A stretch of 64,000 bases of DNA. It comes from Alphaproteobacteria bacterium (lineage in GTDB: Bacteria; Pseudomonadota; Alphaproteobacteria; UBA828). The DNA lies in contig CBDCRW010000005.1 of the NCBI GenBank assembly GCA_965221125.1, positions 256,001 to 320,000 on the forward strand. The letters are read 5' to 3'. Of this stretch, positions 31,141 to 45,006 are shown piece after piece; position 1 is the stretch's first letter, and each line of letters opens with the position of its first letter. Under the pieces are notes generated by a model, which saw only the letters and a program-made list of their open reading frames with translations, did no database searches and was not told the DNA's origin. A program made the position numbers and the translations under genes.

Positions 31141-31723
31141 GGGCGGGGCGCGGGCGCTCGGGCGCCGCGTCAGTTCAGCGCAGGTGCGCCGGGGCAGGGC
31201 CGCGCCGCACGCGGCCCGTCCGCCATTCCCCTCGACAACGATGGCCCGAGACGCCCTGCCGCGGGAGGGTGCTCACTCCCGGCGGGCTGCCTTTCAGCTT
31301 TCTCCATAACAATCTTGAGAGGTCGCGGGCGCCGATCGGAATCCCGGCGTGGCGCCAACCGATTGCAGTCCCGCGTTCACGCCGGCAGCCAAGAGAGTGG
31401 CGGAAGTCGGGGCGCCATAATTTTCGCCGGTTCCGCTTTCATACCTGTTGCCAGCGCCGACTCCGCACTTTAACCTGACCGTCACATTCCGCCGGAAGGA
31501 GCCGCCGGTGGAATGCAAACCGAAAACACAGCGTTCACGACGGCGAGGCAGGCAGTGCTTGCCCCGGAGAGAAGACCCCTCGCCGTGCCCGAGAACCGCG
31601 ACACAACACAAGAACATAAATGGGACCAAGCAGGGAGATAACAGGAACATTCGGCCCGACGCGGCCTGAGCGGTGCCGTCACGGTGCGCGCATGAGCGTT
31701 GCCCACAGTCGCCGGGCAGGCCC

Positions 31724-33178
31724 ATGCGGCTCGCTCCGCCGGCCGCAGGCAAGGCGCCCGTGATGGACTGCACGCCGGCGCCGGCCCGGGACGGGCAGGA
31801 CGCCTGGGAGAGGGTGCGTGCGCGCCTCCTCGCCGAGGTCGGTCAGGCCACCTTCGCGAGCTGGCTGGCGCCGCTCACCCTGGTCGGCGTCGACGGCGAC
31901 CAGGTCACGCTCGGCGTCGGCACGCGCTTCCTCCGCGACTGGGTCGTGTCGCGCTTCGCGCACCGCATCGCGGCGCTCTGGTCCGACGAGCGGCAGGGCA
32001 TTCTGGGCGTTCGCATCGTGATCCACGCGGGGCAGCCGGCAGCGGCTGAGGGCGAGCCCGGTGCCGCCGGCGAGCCTGTTCCGGCCGGTCGCGGCAACAC
32101 GGGCAAAACGCCGGTGCGCGCACAGGACGGCGTGCTGGCCGATTTCGGCTCGCCGCTCAACGGCCGCTTCACCTTCCGCGAGTTCGTCATCGGCGAGACC
32201 AACGAGCTTGCCCACGCGGCGGCGCAGCAGGTGGCGGGCGTGGATCACCTGCCCTTCAACCCGCTCTACCTCTATGGCGGTGTCGGCCTCGGCAAGACGC
32301 ATCTGCTGCATGCCATCGCATGGTGCATCCGGGACCGCGAGCCGGGGCGGCGCGTCGTCTACCTCTCCGCCGAGCGCTTCATGTACCAGTTCGTCCAGGC
32401 GATCCGGCGCAAGGACACGGTGGCGTTCAAGGAGCGCTTCCGCTCCGCCGACGTGCTGCTGATCGACGACATCCAGTTCATCTGCGACAAGGAAAGCACG
32501 CAGGAGGAGTTCCTCCACACGCTCGATGCGCTGCTCGAGCACCGCTGCCAGGTGGTGGTCTCCGGCGATCGCGCGCCGTCGCGCCTCGACGGCATGGGGG
32601 AGCGCCTCAAATCCCGCCTTGCCGGGGGCCTCGCCGTCGACGTCCACCCCGCCAGCTACGAGCTGCGCCTCGGGATCCTGCGGGAGAAGGCGGCGCCGCT
32701 CGGCATCGCCGACGCGCCGGCGGAGGTGATGGAATTCCTGGCCCGGCAGATCACGTCGAACGTGCGCGAGCTGGAGATGGCGCTCAATCGTATCGCAGCC
32801 CATGCGGCCCTCCTCGGCGGCGCGATCACGCTGCAGACGACCCAGTCGGTGCTGCGCGACGTGCTCGGCGCGAAGGAGCGGCGGATCACGATCGAGGAGA
32901 TCCAGCGCCGCGTCGCCGCGCACTACAACATCAAGCCGGCGGAGCTTTCCTCCAGCCGGCGCGCCCAGGCGGTGGTGCGCCCGCGCCACGTGGCGATGTA
33001 CCTCGCCAAGCAGCTCACCGCGCGCTCGCTGCCCGAGATCGGGCGCAAGTTCGGCAAGCGCGATCACACCACGGTCATGTACGCGATCCGCCGCATCGAG
33101 GAGCTGCGGGCGGGCGATGCGGCCTTGGACGAAGACGTGGAGTTTCTCTGGCGAAGCCTTGAAGACCCGCACCGTTGA
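31724..33178 (+). CDS. dnaA: Chromosomal replication initiator DnaA
   Basis: FNPLYLYGGVGLGKTHL, LLIDDIQF, NVRELE, SLPEIGRKFGKRDHTTV. Start uncertain (31724 or 31763). Confidence 0.97.
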   Translation: MRLAPPAAGKAPVMDCTPAPARDGQDAWERVRARLLAEVGQATFASWLAPLTLVGVDGDQVTLGVGTRFLRDWVVSRFAHRIAALWSDERQGILGVRIVIHAGQPAAAEGEPGAAGEPVPAGRGNTGKTPVRAQDGVLADFGSPLNGRFTFREFVIGETNELAHAAAQQVAGVDHLPFNPLYLYGGVGLGKTHLLHAIAWCIRDREPGRRVVYLSAERFMYQFVQAIRRKDTVAFKERFRSADVLLIDDIQFICDKESTQEEFLHTLDALLEHRCQVVVSGDRAPSRLDGMGERLKSRLAGGLAVDVHPASYELRLGILREKAAPLGIADAPAEVMEFLARQITSNVRELEMALNRIAAHAALLGGAITLQTTQSVLRDVLGAKERRITIEEIQRRVAAHYNIKPAELSSSRRAQAVVRPRHVAMYLAKQLTARSLPEIGRKFGKRDHTTVMYAIRRIEELRAGDAALDEDVEFLWRSLEDPHR

Positions 33179-33290
33179 CGGCTGCATGGCCCGAGTGGCC
33201 GGCTGAAAGCCGAAGGGGCACGGCGCGCCCTGCCCCGAGCGCTTGTCGCGCGCCGATAGTGCTGCGAATTCCGCCACTTCTCCGCTATAA

Positions 33291-38105
<4,815 letters not shown>

Positions 38106-38123
38106 CCCGCTCCAGGGAGGCCG

Positions 38124-40058
38124 ATGGCAACACGCCGCCGCTCGCCCCCGCCGAAGCGGCCCCGCGCGAAGGCGAAGGCCGCGCCCAAGAAGTCCAAGCA
38201 GGCTGCCGCCAAGCCGAAGACCGCCACTGCCAAGGGAAAGTCCGGCGGCGCGAAGCCGAAGGCGGGAGGCAAGACGCCCCGCATGCCAGCGCGGCGACGG
38301 CGGCTCGGCTGGCGCATCGCCAAATGGTCGCTCGTCTTCGTCCTCTGGCTGGTGGTGCTGGGCGCGGGCTTCGTCGGCTACTACGGGCACGACCTGCCCG
38401 ATACCGAGCACCTCACCGGGCCGGAGACGCCGCTCGCGATCACGGTGCTGGCGGCGGACGGCTCCGAGGTCGCCACCGCGGGCGAGATGTGGGGCGAGCT
38501 GATCCCGGCGGGCGAGATGGCGCCGGTGCTGCCGGAGGCCGTGCTCGCGATCGAGGACCGGCGCTTCTTCACCCACGGCGGCATCGACGCCTTCGGCGTG
38601 ATCCGCGCGGCCTGGCAGAACGCGGTCGAGGGCCGCGTGGTGGCCGGCGGCAGCACGATCTCGCAGCAGGTGGCGAAGCTGGTGTTCCTCTCGCCGGAGC
38701 GGAGCGTGAAGCGCAAGATCCAGGAGGCGATGCTCGCCTTCTGGCTGGAGCGCGAGTTCACCAAGGAGGAAATCCTCACGATCTACCTGAACCGGGCCTA
38801 CTTCGGCGCGGGCGCCTACGGCGTGGATGCGGCCGCGCGGCGCTACTTCGGCCGCTCCGCCCGCGACGTGGACGTGGCGCAGGCCGCCATGATCGCGGGC
38901 CTGCTGAAGGCGCCGTCGCGCTACAGCCCCGCCAACGACCTCAAGCTCGCGCGCAAGCGCGCAGGCGTCGTGGTCGATGCGATGGTGGACGCGGATTTTC
39001 TGACGGAGGCCGAGGGCGGGGCGGCGAAAGGACGGGTCGACGCCCTCACGGTCGCCCGGCGCAGCGGCCCGCCCGCCGGCTATTTCGTCGACTGGGTGCT
39101 GGAGCAGGTGCCGGGCTATGTCGGGCGCGACCATGGGGCGCTCCGCGTCTTCACGTCCCTTGAGCCCGCGCGCCAGTGGGCGGCGCAGGCGGCGCTCACG
39201 GACGTGCTCGCGGCCGCCGGCGAGAGCCGCAGGATCGGCCAGGGCGCGCTCGTCGCGCTGGACGAGAACGGCGCCGTGCGCGCCATGGTGGGCGGGCGCG
39301 ACTATTCCAGGAGCGTGTTCAACCGGGCGACGCAGGCGAGGCGGCAGCCGGGCTCGGCCTTCAAGACGGTGGTCTATCTCGCAGGCATCGAGGCAGGGCT
39401 CGCGTCCGACGACGTGCTCGACGACGCACCCGTCACCGTCGCCGGTTGGTCGCCCCGCAACTACGACGGCGAGTACCGGGGGCCGGTGACGGTGCGTGAG
39501 GGCTTCGCGCGCTCGATCAATACCGTGGCGGTCCGCGTCGGCCTGCGCGCCGGCGTGAAGGGGATTCATGCGGCCGCGCGCCGCCTCGGCATCGAGAGCC
39601 GGCTGCCGACCGATGCGAGCATTGCGCTCGGCTCGGGCGAGGTGACGCTGCTGGAGTTGACCTCCGCCTACGTGGCGCTCGCCAACGGCGGCGCGCGCGC
39701 GTTGCCGCACGGCATCGTCGAGATCCGCAACCGCGCGGGCGACGTGCTCTACCGCCGCGCAGGCTCCGGCGCGGGTCGGGCGGCGGATGCAGCGCCGGTG
39801 GCGGCGATGCGCGACCTGCTCCGCGCCGCCGTGGCGTGGGGCACCGGCCGCGCCGCCCAACTGCCCGAGGCGCTGGGGCCGGCCTACGGCAAGACCGGCA
39901 CCAGCCAGAAGTTCCGCGATGCGTGGTTCGTAGGCTGGGCCGAGGGACTCGCCGCCGGCGTCTGGCTCGGCAACGACGACGGCAGCGCGATGGACGAGGT
40001 GACGGGGGGCAGCTACCCGGCCGAGATCTGGCAGCGGTTCATGGTGGAATCACTCTAG
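38124..40058 (+). CDS. Class A penicillin-binding protein (transglycosylase/transpeptidase)
   Basis: EDRRF, GGSTISQQ, RKIQE, YLNRAYFG, GSAFK (SxxK), SIN, KTGT. Lys/Ala-rich N-terminal tail. Confidence 0.93.
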   Translation: MATRRRSPPPKRPRAKAKAAPKKSKQAAAKPKTATAKGKSGGAKPKAGGKTPRMPARRRRLGWRIAKWSLVFVLWLVVLGAGFVGYYGHDLPDTEHLTGPETPLAITVLAADGSEVATAGEMWGELIPAGEMAPVLPEAVLAIEDRRFFTHGGIDAFGVIRAAWQNAVEGRVVAGGSTISQQVAKLVFLSPERSVKRKIQEAMLAFWLEREFTKEEILTIYLNRAYFGAGAYGVDAAARRYFGRSARDVDVAQAAMIAGLLKAPSRYSPANDLKLARKRAGVVVDAMVDADFLTEAEGGAAKGRVDALTVARRSGPPAGYFVDWVLEQVPGYVGRDHGALRVFTSLEPARQWAAQAALTDVLAAAGESRRIGQGALVALDENGAVRAMVGGRDYSRSVFNRATQARRQPGSAFKTVVYLAGIEAGLASDDVLDDAPVTVAGWSPRNYDGEYRGPVTVREGFARSINTVAVRVGLRAGVKGIHAAARRLGIESRLPTDASIALGSGEVTLLELTSAYVALANGGARALPHGIVEIRNRAGDVLYRRAGSGAGRAADAAPVAAMRDLLRAAVAWGTGRAAQLPEALGPAYGKTGTSQKFRDAWFVGWAEGLAAGVWLGNDDGSAMDEVTGGSYPAEIWQRFMVESL

Positions 40059-41080
40059 GGCGGGCCGGCGCGGTAGCCGTAAGGGGCGGTCTCCGCCTCG
40101 CATTCCTGCCAGGTGCGGATGGTGGCGTTGGTGTCGAGGCTCTCCAGGCTCAGCGCCGCCACGGAGACCGCGAGCGCGAGGCCGCGCGGCACCGGCCAAC
40201 CCTCGTGCAGGCCGTAGACGAGGCCGGCCGCGAAGGCGTCGCCCGCGCCGACCGCGCTCACGATGCGCGACTCCGGCCAGCGCACCGCCGCCTGCGCGTA
40301 CACGTCGCCCGCCGCATCCACCGCCACCGCGCCCTCGGGGAAGTGGATGGCCGCCACCTGCCGGACCCCCATCTCGCGGAGCCGCCGGCAGGCTTGCCCT
40401 GCCGCCCTCCAGTCGAGGGTCCCGCCGGGGCGGATCTCGATCTCCGTCACCGCCTCGCCCTCGAGGTCGTTGATGACGATGCTGTCGAGGAGCGGAAGGC
40501 ACGGCCGCACGATGGGGCGCAGCATCTCGCCATCCAGGCTCGCCATCTCCATGTTCGTGCGGAAGCCGAGCGCGCGGGCGCGTTCGAGAACCCGCGTCCA
40601 GCCGTTTCCGCCGTCCGGGTGCGGGCGGTCCAGGCGAGGGTGAAGGCCGGGGGCGCCCAGGTGGAAGATGCGGGCGCGCGACGCGCCGGGGTCGACGTGG
40701 CTCTCGTCCAGCAGGTCGGCGGTGCCCCGGAAGAAGAAGAAGGTCCGCCGCCCGGTCGCCTGCGACGCCATGACCTCGACGTAGACCTGCGGCGCCTCGG
40801 CCGTGAGCGTCATCCCGTCCGCCGCGATGCCGTGCCGGGCGAGGGCGTCGAGCACCACCCTGCCGTTCTCGTCGTCGCCGAGCAGGCCGTGGCACTCGAC
40901 CCGCATGTCAGGATCGAGCCGGCGCAGGTTCGCGGCGATGTTGTAGCCCGGCCCGCCGGCTGCGAGGTGGCGGCGGTCGATGAAGGTCGTCTTGTCCTCG
41001 GGCGGATAGGACTCGATGGCGAGGTTGTGGTCGGTGATGAACGACCCGAAGGTGAGCACGCCGCTTCTCGGCTCCGCCAT
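40055..41080 (-). CDS. PfkB family carbohydrate kinase
   Basis: GGPGYN, LGDDENG, INDLE, SAVGAGDAFAAG. Confidence 0.92.
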   Translation of the reverse strand: MAEPRSGVLTFGSFITDHNLAIESYPPEDKTTFIDRRHLAAGGPGYNIAANLRRLDPDMRVECHGLLGDDENGRVVLDALARHGIAADGMTLTAEAPQVYVEVMASQATGRRTFFFFRGTADLLDESHVDPGASRARIFHLGAPGLHPRLDRPHPDGGNGWTRVLERARALGFRTNMEMASLDGEMLRPIVRPCLPLLDSIVINDLEGEAVTEIEIRPGGTLDWRAAGQACRRLREMGVRQVAAIHFPEGAVAVDAAGDVYAQAAVRWPESRIVSAVGAGDAFAAGLVYGLHEGWPVPRGLALAVSVAALSLESLDTNATIRTWQECEAETAPYGYRAGPP

Positions 41081-41132
41081 CCTGGTGTCTCCGCGATGCC
41101 TGCCGCGCTCGGGCGTCTCGTGCCGCTCAGGC

Positions 41133-42122
41133 TCACGCCAGGAGGGCGGGCTCGGTGATCCGCAGGTCGTCGTCGAGGGAGCGGGCCGGCACGAGGCCAG
41201 CCGCCCGGATCGCGGCGTGATACGCCTGGACCGCCTCCTCCGGCGCGAGCTCCCCGTCGACCACCAGTCGCATGTGGCGGACCATCTCGAGCGGAGACTC
41301 CGCGAGCTTGATCTTGCGGCCGAAGAGGGCCACGCGGGCGCCGTCCCGCTGGGCATTGGCCAGGAGCTGGAAGGTGTCGCGGTTGGTCCCCGCCGCCCCG
41401 CCGAGGATGCCGACGATCAGCTCGGGGTCGTAGGAGCAAAGCTCGGTCATCGCGCGCGGGCCGTTATAGGCGATCTTGAGGAAGCGGGGCCGCTCGGCCC
41501 GCGTCAGCCCCGCGAGGCAGCTGATGATGCGGTCGCCGACGTAGGCGCCGGTCTCCTCCAGCGAGGCGAAGCCCGCGTCGACGTTGGGGTTGAACACCTC
41601 CAGGAAGTAGCGCATGCCGCAGGCGCCTGCGTCCTCGCGGAAGTGCGCGAAGGCCTCGAGGCTCCGCAGGTCGTCGTCCACGCGGTTGTTGAAGGTGATC
41701 GAGTAGAGGCAGAGGTCGCAGCCGAGCTCGCGCGCACGGGAGAGCGACGCGGTGCGGAACGGGCGCGACGGCGTACCCGTGTAGGCGGCGCCCCGCCCGC
41801 CCCAGATGTCCGTCGTGTCGTTGGCGCGAATGGCGGGGGTGACCTGCGAGCGCTCGAACAGGTCCGCACCCAGCCGCTCCAGGGACGAGGACGAGACGAG
41901 CATCACGTCGACGATACCCTGGCGGGTGATCGCCCGGATCTCGTCGAGGTACCCGGAGAGCGGCCGGAACGCATCGAGCGGCCGCCCGTCCGCGCCGCGT
42001 TCCGGGCCGGGGGAGGGCCGCCCGCCGCCCATGTCGGCGTCCTTGGCGTCCGCGATGATGAAGTCGCCCCTTGCGCCGGCTCCCTGCAGGAGTGCCGCGA
42101 GCTTTCGATCGAGTGTCTTCAT
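41133..42122 (-). CDS. Hypothetical protein, probable class I aldolase-like TIM barrel
   Basis: ADAKD, RANDTTDIW, FLEVF, FLKIAY, ILGG, LFGRKI resemble the strand-end motifs of class I aldolases. Upstream of the PfkB kinase. Confidence 0.7.
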   Translation of the reverse strand: MKTLDRKLAALLQGAGARGDFIIADAKDADMGGGRPSPGPERGADGRPLDAFRPLSGYLDEIRAITRQGIVDVMLVSSSSLERLGADLFERSQVTPAIRANDTTDIWGGRGAAYTGTPSRPFRTASLSRARELGCDLCLYSITFNNRVDDDLRSLEAFAHFREDAGACGMRYFLEVFNPNVDAGFASLEETGAYVGDRIISCLAGLTRAERPRFLKIAYNGPRAMTELCSYDPELIVGILGGAAGTNRDTFQLLANAQRDGARVALFGRKIKLAESPLEMVRHMRLVVDGELAPEEAVQAYHAAIRAAGLVPARSLDDDLRITEPALLA

Positions 42123-42205
42123 GCAGGTGGCTCCCCAGGGTCGTGCCGTCCGCCGCGCTTCGCGGCGCATCAATGGGCCGGATTCTCCGGATTCGCAAAT
42201 GCGGG

Positions 42206-42838
42206 CTAGGAGGAGGCTTCGAGAATCTGCATGCGGATCGGGGTCGGGCGGCCCCCGGCAGCCGGGTTGTTGACTTGAGGGCAGTTGGAGACGATCGCGA
42301 GGACGTCGCGCTCGGCCCGCAGGTCGACGCGATCGCCGGGCCTGGACGGGCCGGCGACGAAGGTCCGCTCCGCCAGGCGGCCCCCGTCATAGACCGGCAC
42401 GGCGCAGAAGAAGTTCACGTTGGGCACGATGTCCGTCCATCCCAGGCCGTGCTCCGCGAGCGCGGCCAGGAAGTTCTCGCGGCAGCCGGGCACGCCTTCC
42501 ACGCCGTAGAGCATGGCGTTACTGGGGGCGCTGCAGCAGCCGGCGATGGTGTCGTGATGGCCGCAGGTGTCGGCCACGATCGTGAAGAGCGCGCGTCCCC
42601 GGTCCGAGTAGAGCGCGTGGCCCTCGGTCAGGCGAAGCGTGCCGCTCTTCTTGATGGTGTTCGGCGCGTTGTAGCGCTCGCTCGGATCGGCCGCGTCGTA
42701 ACAGAGGAAATCGACGCCCTGCTCGCCCTCCAGGTCGACGATGCGCAAGGTCTGGTCCCGCCGCAGGTGGGCCGACCACGGCGCGCCGGGTGCGACGATC
42801 TCGTCCCGGACGACAGGCAGCGCCCGCTCTTCATTCAT
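42206..42838 (-). CDS. DUF1989 / urea-carboxylase-associated protein (CgdB/UAAP2-like)
   Basis: LRIVDLEGEQGVD, DTCGHHDTIAGCC, GCRENF, NVNFF, SNCPQVNNP. Confidence 0.88.
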   Translation of the reverse strand: MNEERALPVVRDEIVAPGAPWSAHLRRDQTLRIVDLEGEQGVDFLCYDAADPSERYNAPNTIKKSGTLRLTEGHALYSDRGRALFTIVADTCGHHDTIAGCCSAPSNAMLYGVEGVPGCRENFLAALAEHGLGWTDIVPNVNFFCAVPVYDGGRLAERTFVAGPSRPGDRVDLRAERDVLAIVSNCPQVNNPAAGGRPTPIRMQILEASS

Positions 42839-42917
42839 CACCGTGCCCTCCACTCTGGCCCGCCGCGTAGCCTAGCTCATTTGGGACGCATCGAATCCCG
42901 ACGAGTCAGGTTCGCGC

Positions 42918-44216
42918 TCACGCGCGGTCGATGAGGTGGATGAAGGAGCCTGAGACCGTGCCCACGCTCATGCCGGCGTCACCCAGCGGCGCGCCGGTGG
43001 CGTCGGAGGCCGCGAACAGGGGTTGCTCGGCGTCTTCGGAGACCACGCGGCAGTAGTGGAACTCGTGGCCGCTGTAGGCGGTCCCCGCCCTGCCGAGGGG
43101 GCCGTCGGCGGCAAGACGCGCCTGGCGGTAGCCGAGGGCAAGCCCGCGGGCCTCGAAGCTGGTCTCAAGCGGCAGCAGGCCCGCCATGGCGTGGCGGCGG
43201 CCGTCGGCGTCCGCAAGCCCCCGGCCCAGCACCATGTAGCCGCCGCACTCGCCGAAGAGGACCGCGCCACGCCCCGCCGCAGCCCGCAGCCCGGCGAGGA
43301 AGCGCGGGGCGGCGGCGATGCGGCCTGCGTGAAGCTCGGGATAGCCGCCCGGCAGGTAGACCGCGTCGGCCTCTGCATCGGGCGCCTCGTCCGCGAGCGG
43401 CGAGAACGGCAGGACCGCCGCACCGGCGGCGCGCCAGTCCTCTAGCAGCGCCTCGTAGCAGAAGCCGAAGGCCGCGTCCCGCGCGACCGCCACCCGCTGG
43501 CCGAGAGGGGGGATCGCCGCGCCGGGCGCTTGCGTTTCCGACAGCAGCGGGCGGGCGAGGGCGGCGAGGGCGTCGGTGTCGACCGCGCCGGCGACGGTGG
43601 CGGAAGCGTCCTCCAGCCACGGCGCTTCGCTCTCGCAAGCCTGCACGAGGCCGAGGTGGCGCGAGGGCAGGCTAAGCGCGTCCGCCCTGGGCACGGCGCC
43701 GAGAACCGCGATGGCGCGCGCGTCGAGGGCGCCCCGCAGCAGCGTCTCGTGCGCCGCACTCGCCACCCGGTTGAGGAGGACGCCTTCAACCGCCACGTCG
43801 CTGCGGTGATTGGCGAAGCCTTCGGTGAGCGCCGCGACGGAGGCGCCCTGGCCGCGCGCGTCCACCACCAGCACCACGGGGAGCCCGAGCCGGGCCGCGA
43901 GGTCGGCGGTCGACCCGGTGCCGTCCCGCGCGCCGTCGAAGAGGCCCATCGCGCCCTCGCCGACGACGAGGTCTGCGCCCGCCGAGAGCGCCGCCACGCG
44001 GCGCGCCAGCGTCTCGGCCCGCATCCCCCAGGGGTCGAGGTTGACGCAGTCGTGGCCCGTGGCCAGGCGGTGATAGCCGGGGTCGATGTAGTCGGGCCCC
44101 GCCTTGAAGGCGCGGACGGCGAGGCCGCGGCTCCGGTAGTGCGCGAGCAGACCGGCGCACAGCACGGTCTTGCCGCTGCCAGACGCCGGCGCGGCGAGGA
44201 TGATGGCGGAGGCCAA
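42918..44216 (-). CDS. cobB: Cobyrinate/hydrogenobyrinate a,c-diamide synthase
   Basis: SGSGKT, KAGPDYIDP, EGAMGLFDG, PSRHLGL, GGYPEL, ECGGYM, GHEFHY. TTG start. Confidence 0.95.
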   Translation of the reverse strand: MASAIILAAPASGSGKTVLCAGLLAHYRSRGLAVRAFKAGPDYIDPGYHRLATGHDCVNLDPWGMRAETLARRVAALSAGADLVVGEGAMGLFDGARDGTGSTADLAARLGLPVVLVVDARGQGASVAALTEGFANHRSDVAVEGVLLNRVASAAHETLLRGALDARAIAVLGAVPRADALSLPSRHLGLVQACESEAPWLEDASATVAGAVDTDALAALARPLLSETQAPGAAIPPLGQRVAVARDAAFGFCYEALLEDWRAAGAAVLPFSPLADEAPDAEADAVYLPGGYPELHAGRIAAAPRFLAGLRAAAGRGAVLFGECGGYMVLGRGLADADGRRHAMAGLLPLETSFEARGLALGYRQARLAADGPLGRAGTAYSGHEFHYCRVVSEDAEQPLFAASDATGAPLGDAGMSVGTVSGSFIHLIDRA

Positions 44217-44219
44217 GGC

Positions 44220-44912
44220 TCAGCCCGTCAGCGCGCGCTCGATATCGATGGCGAGCTTGGTCGGCCCCTCTCTCGACTCGAAGGACTGGATGAACCTGCC
44301 GTCCGGCCCCATGAGGTAGAAGAACGACGCGTGGTCCACCATGTAGTCGGTGTCCTCCGGCCCCTCCGCGTGGGAGCGCCGGTAGATGCCGAAGGATTCG
44401 AGCGCGCGCGCCACCGCCTCCTCCGAGCCGGTGAGGCCGATCAGGCCGGGCACCAGCGCCGAGACGTAGGCCGAGAGTTTTTCCACCGTGTCGCGCTGCG
44501 GATCGACGGTGATGAAGAGGGGCTGGACGATGGTCTCCTGCGCCTCCAGGTCCTCGACCACCTGCGACATGGTGAGCATGGCGGAGGGGCAGACGTCGGG
44601 GCACCAGGTGAAGCCGAAGTAGATGAGCGTGTGCTTGCCGAGAAAATCCTGGTTGGTGCGCGGCGTGCCGGTATGGTCGATCAGCGAAAACTCGCCCTTG
44701 ATCTGCTCGGGCGCCAGCGCCATGCGGGAGACGTGGCTCTGGTTGACGGGGCCGAACAGGTTGCCGTCGGTCTGCGTGTAGATGAGGATCGCGCCGATGA
44801 TGAGGATCCAGAGCAACGGGTTGTTGCGCCTGAGCGGGTTCTTCGGTCCGCCTGGCTGCTGACCGCCGCCGGACGGCGGACCCATGCCGAACTTGCCGAG
44901 TTCCTTCCACAT
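44220..44912 (-). CDS. SCO1/SenC family copper chaperone
   Basis: TM anchor, FGFTWCPDVCP, ITVDPQRD, YMVDH. Confidence 0.92.
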   Translation of the reverse strand: MWKELGKFGMGPPSGGGQQPGGPKNPLRRNNPLLWILIIGAILIYTQTDGNLFGPVNQSHVSRMALAPEQIKGEFSLIDHTGTPRTNQDFLGKHTLIYFGFTWCPDVCPSAMLTMSQVVEDLEAQETIVQPLFITVDPQRDTVEKLSAYVSALVPGLIGLTGSEEAVARALESFGIYRRSHAEGPEDTDYMVDHASFFYLMGPDGRFIQSFESREGPTKLAIDIERALTG

Positions 44913-45006
44913 GAGCGGGCTGTGCGTGGCCGGGGGGATCGCGCGGCGTCAGACTAGCCCCGCTACGGCCCGCGCGGCAAAAGGATTCGATCCTCTCCGC
45001 ACCCTC

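Noticed and set aside
31448-31669. 73-aa ORF upstream of dnaA
   Set aside because: TTG start without an SD and atypical codon usage. Not supportable as a CDS.
42839-42917. Guanidine riboswitch upstream of the DUF1989 gene
   Set aside because: No ykkC, mini-ykkC (twin ACGR hairpins) or ykkC-III consensus was recognisable.
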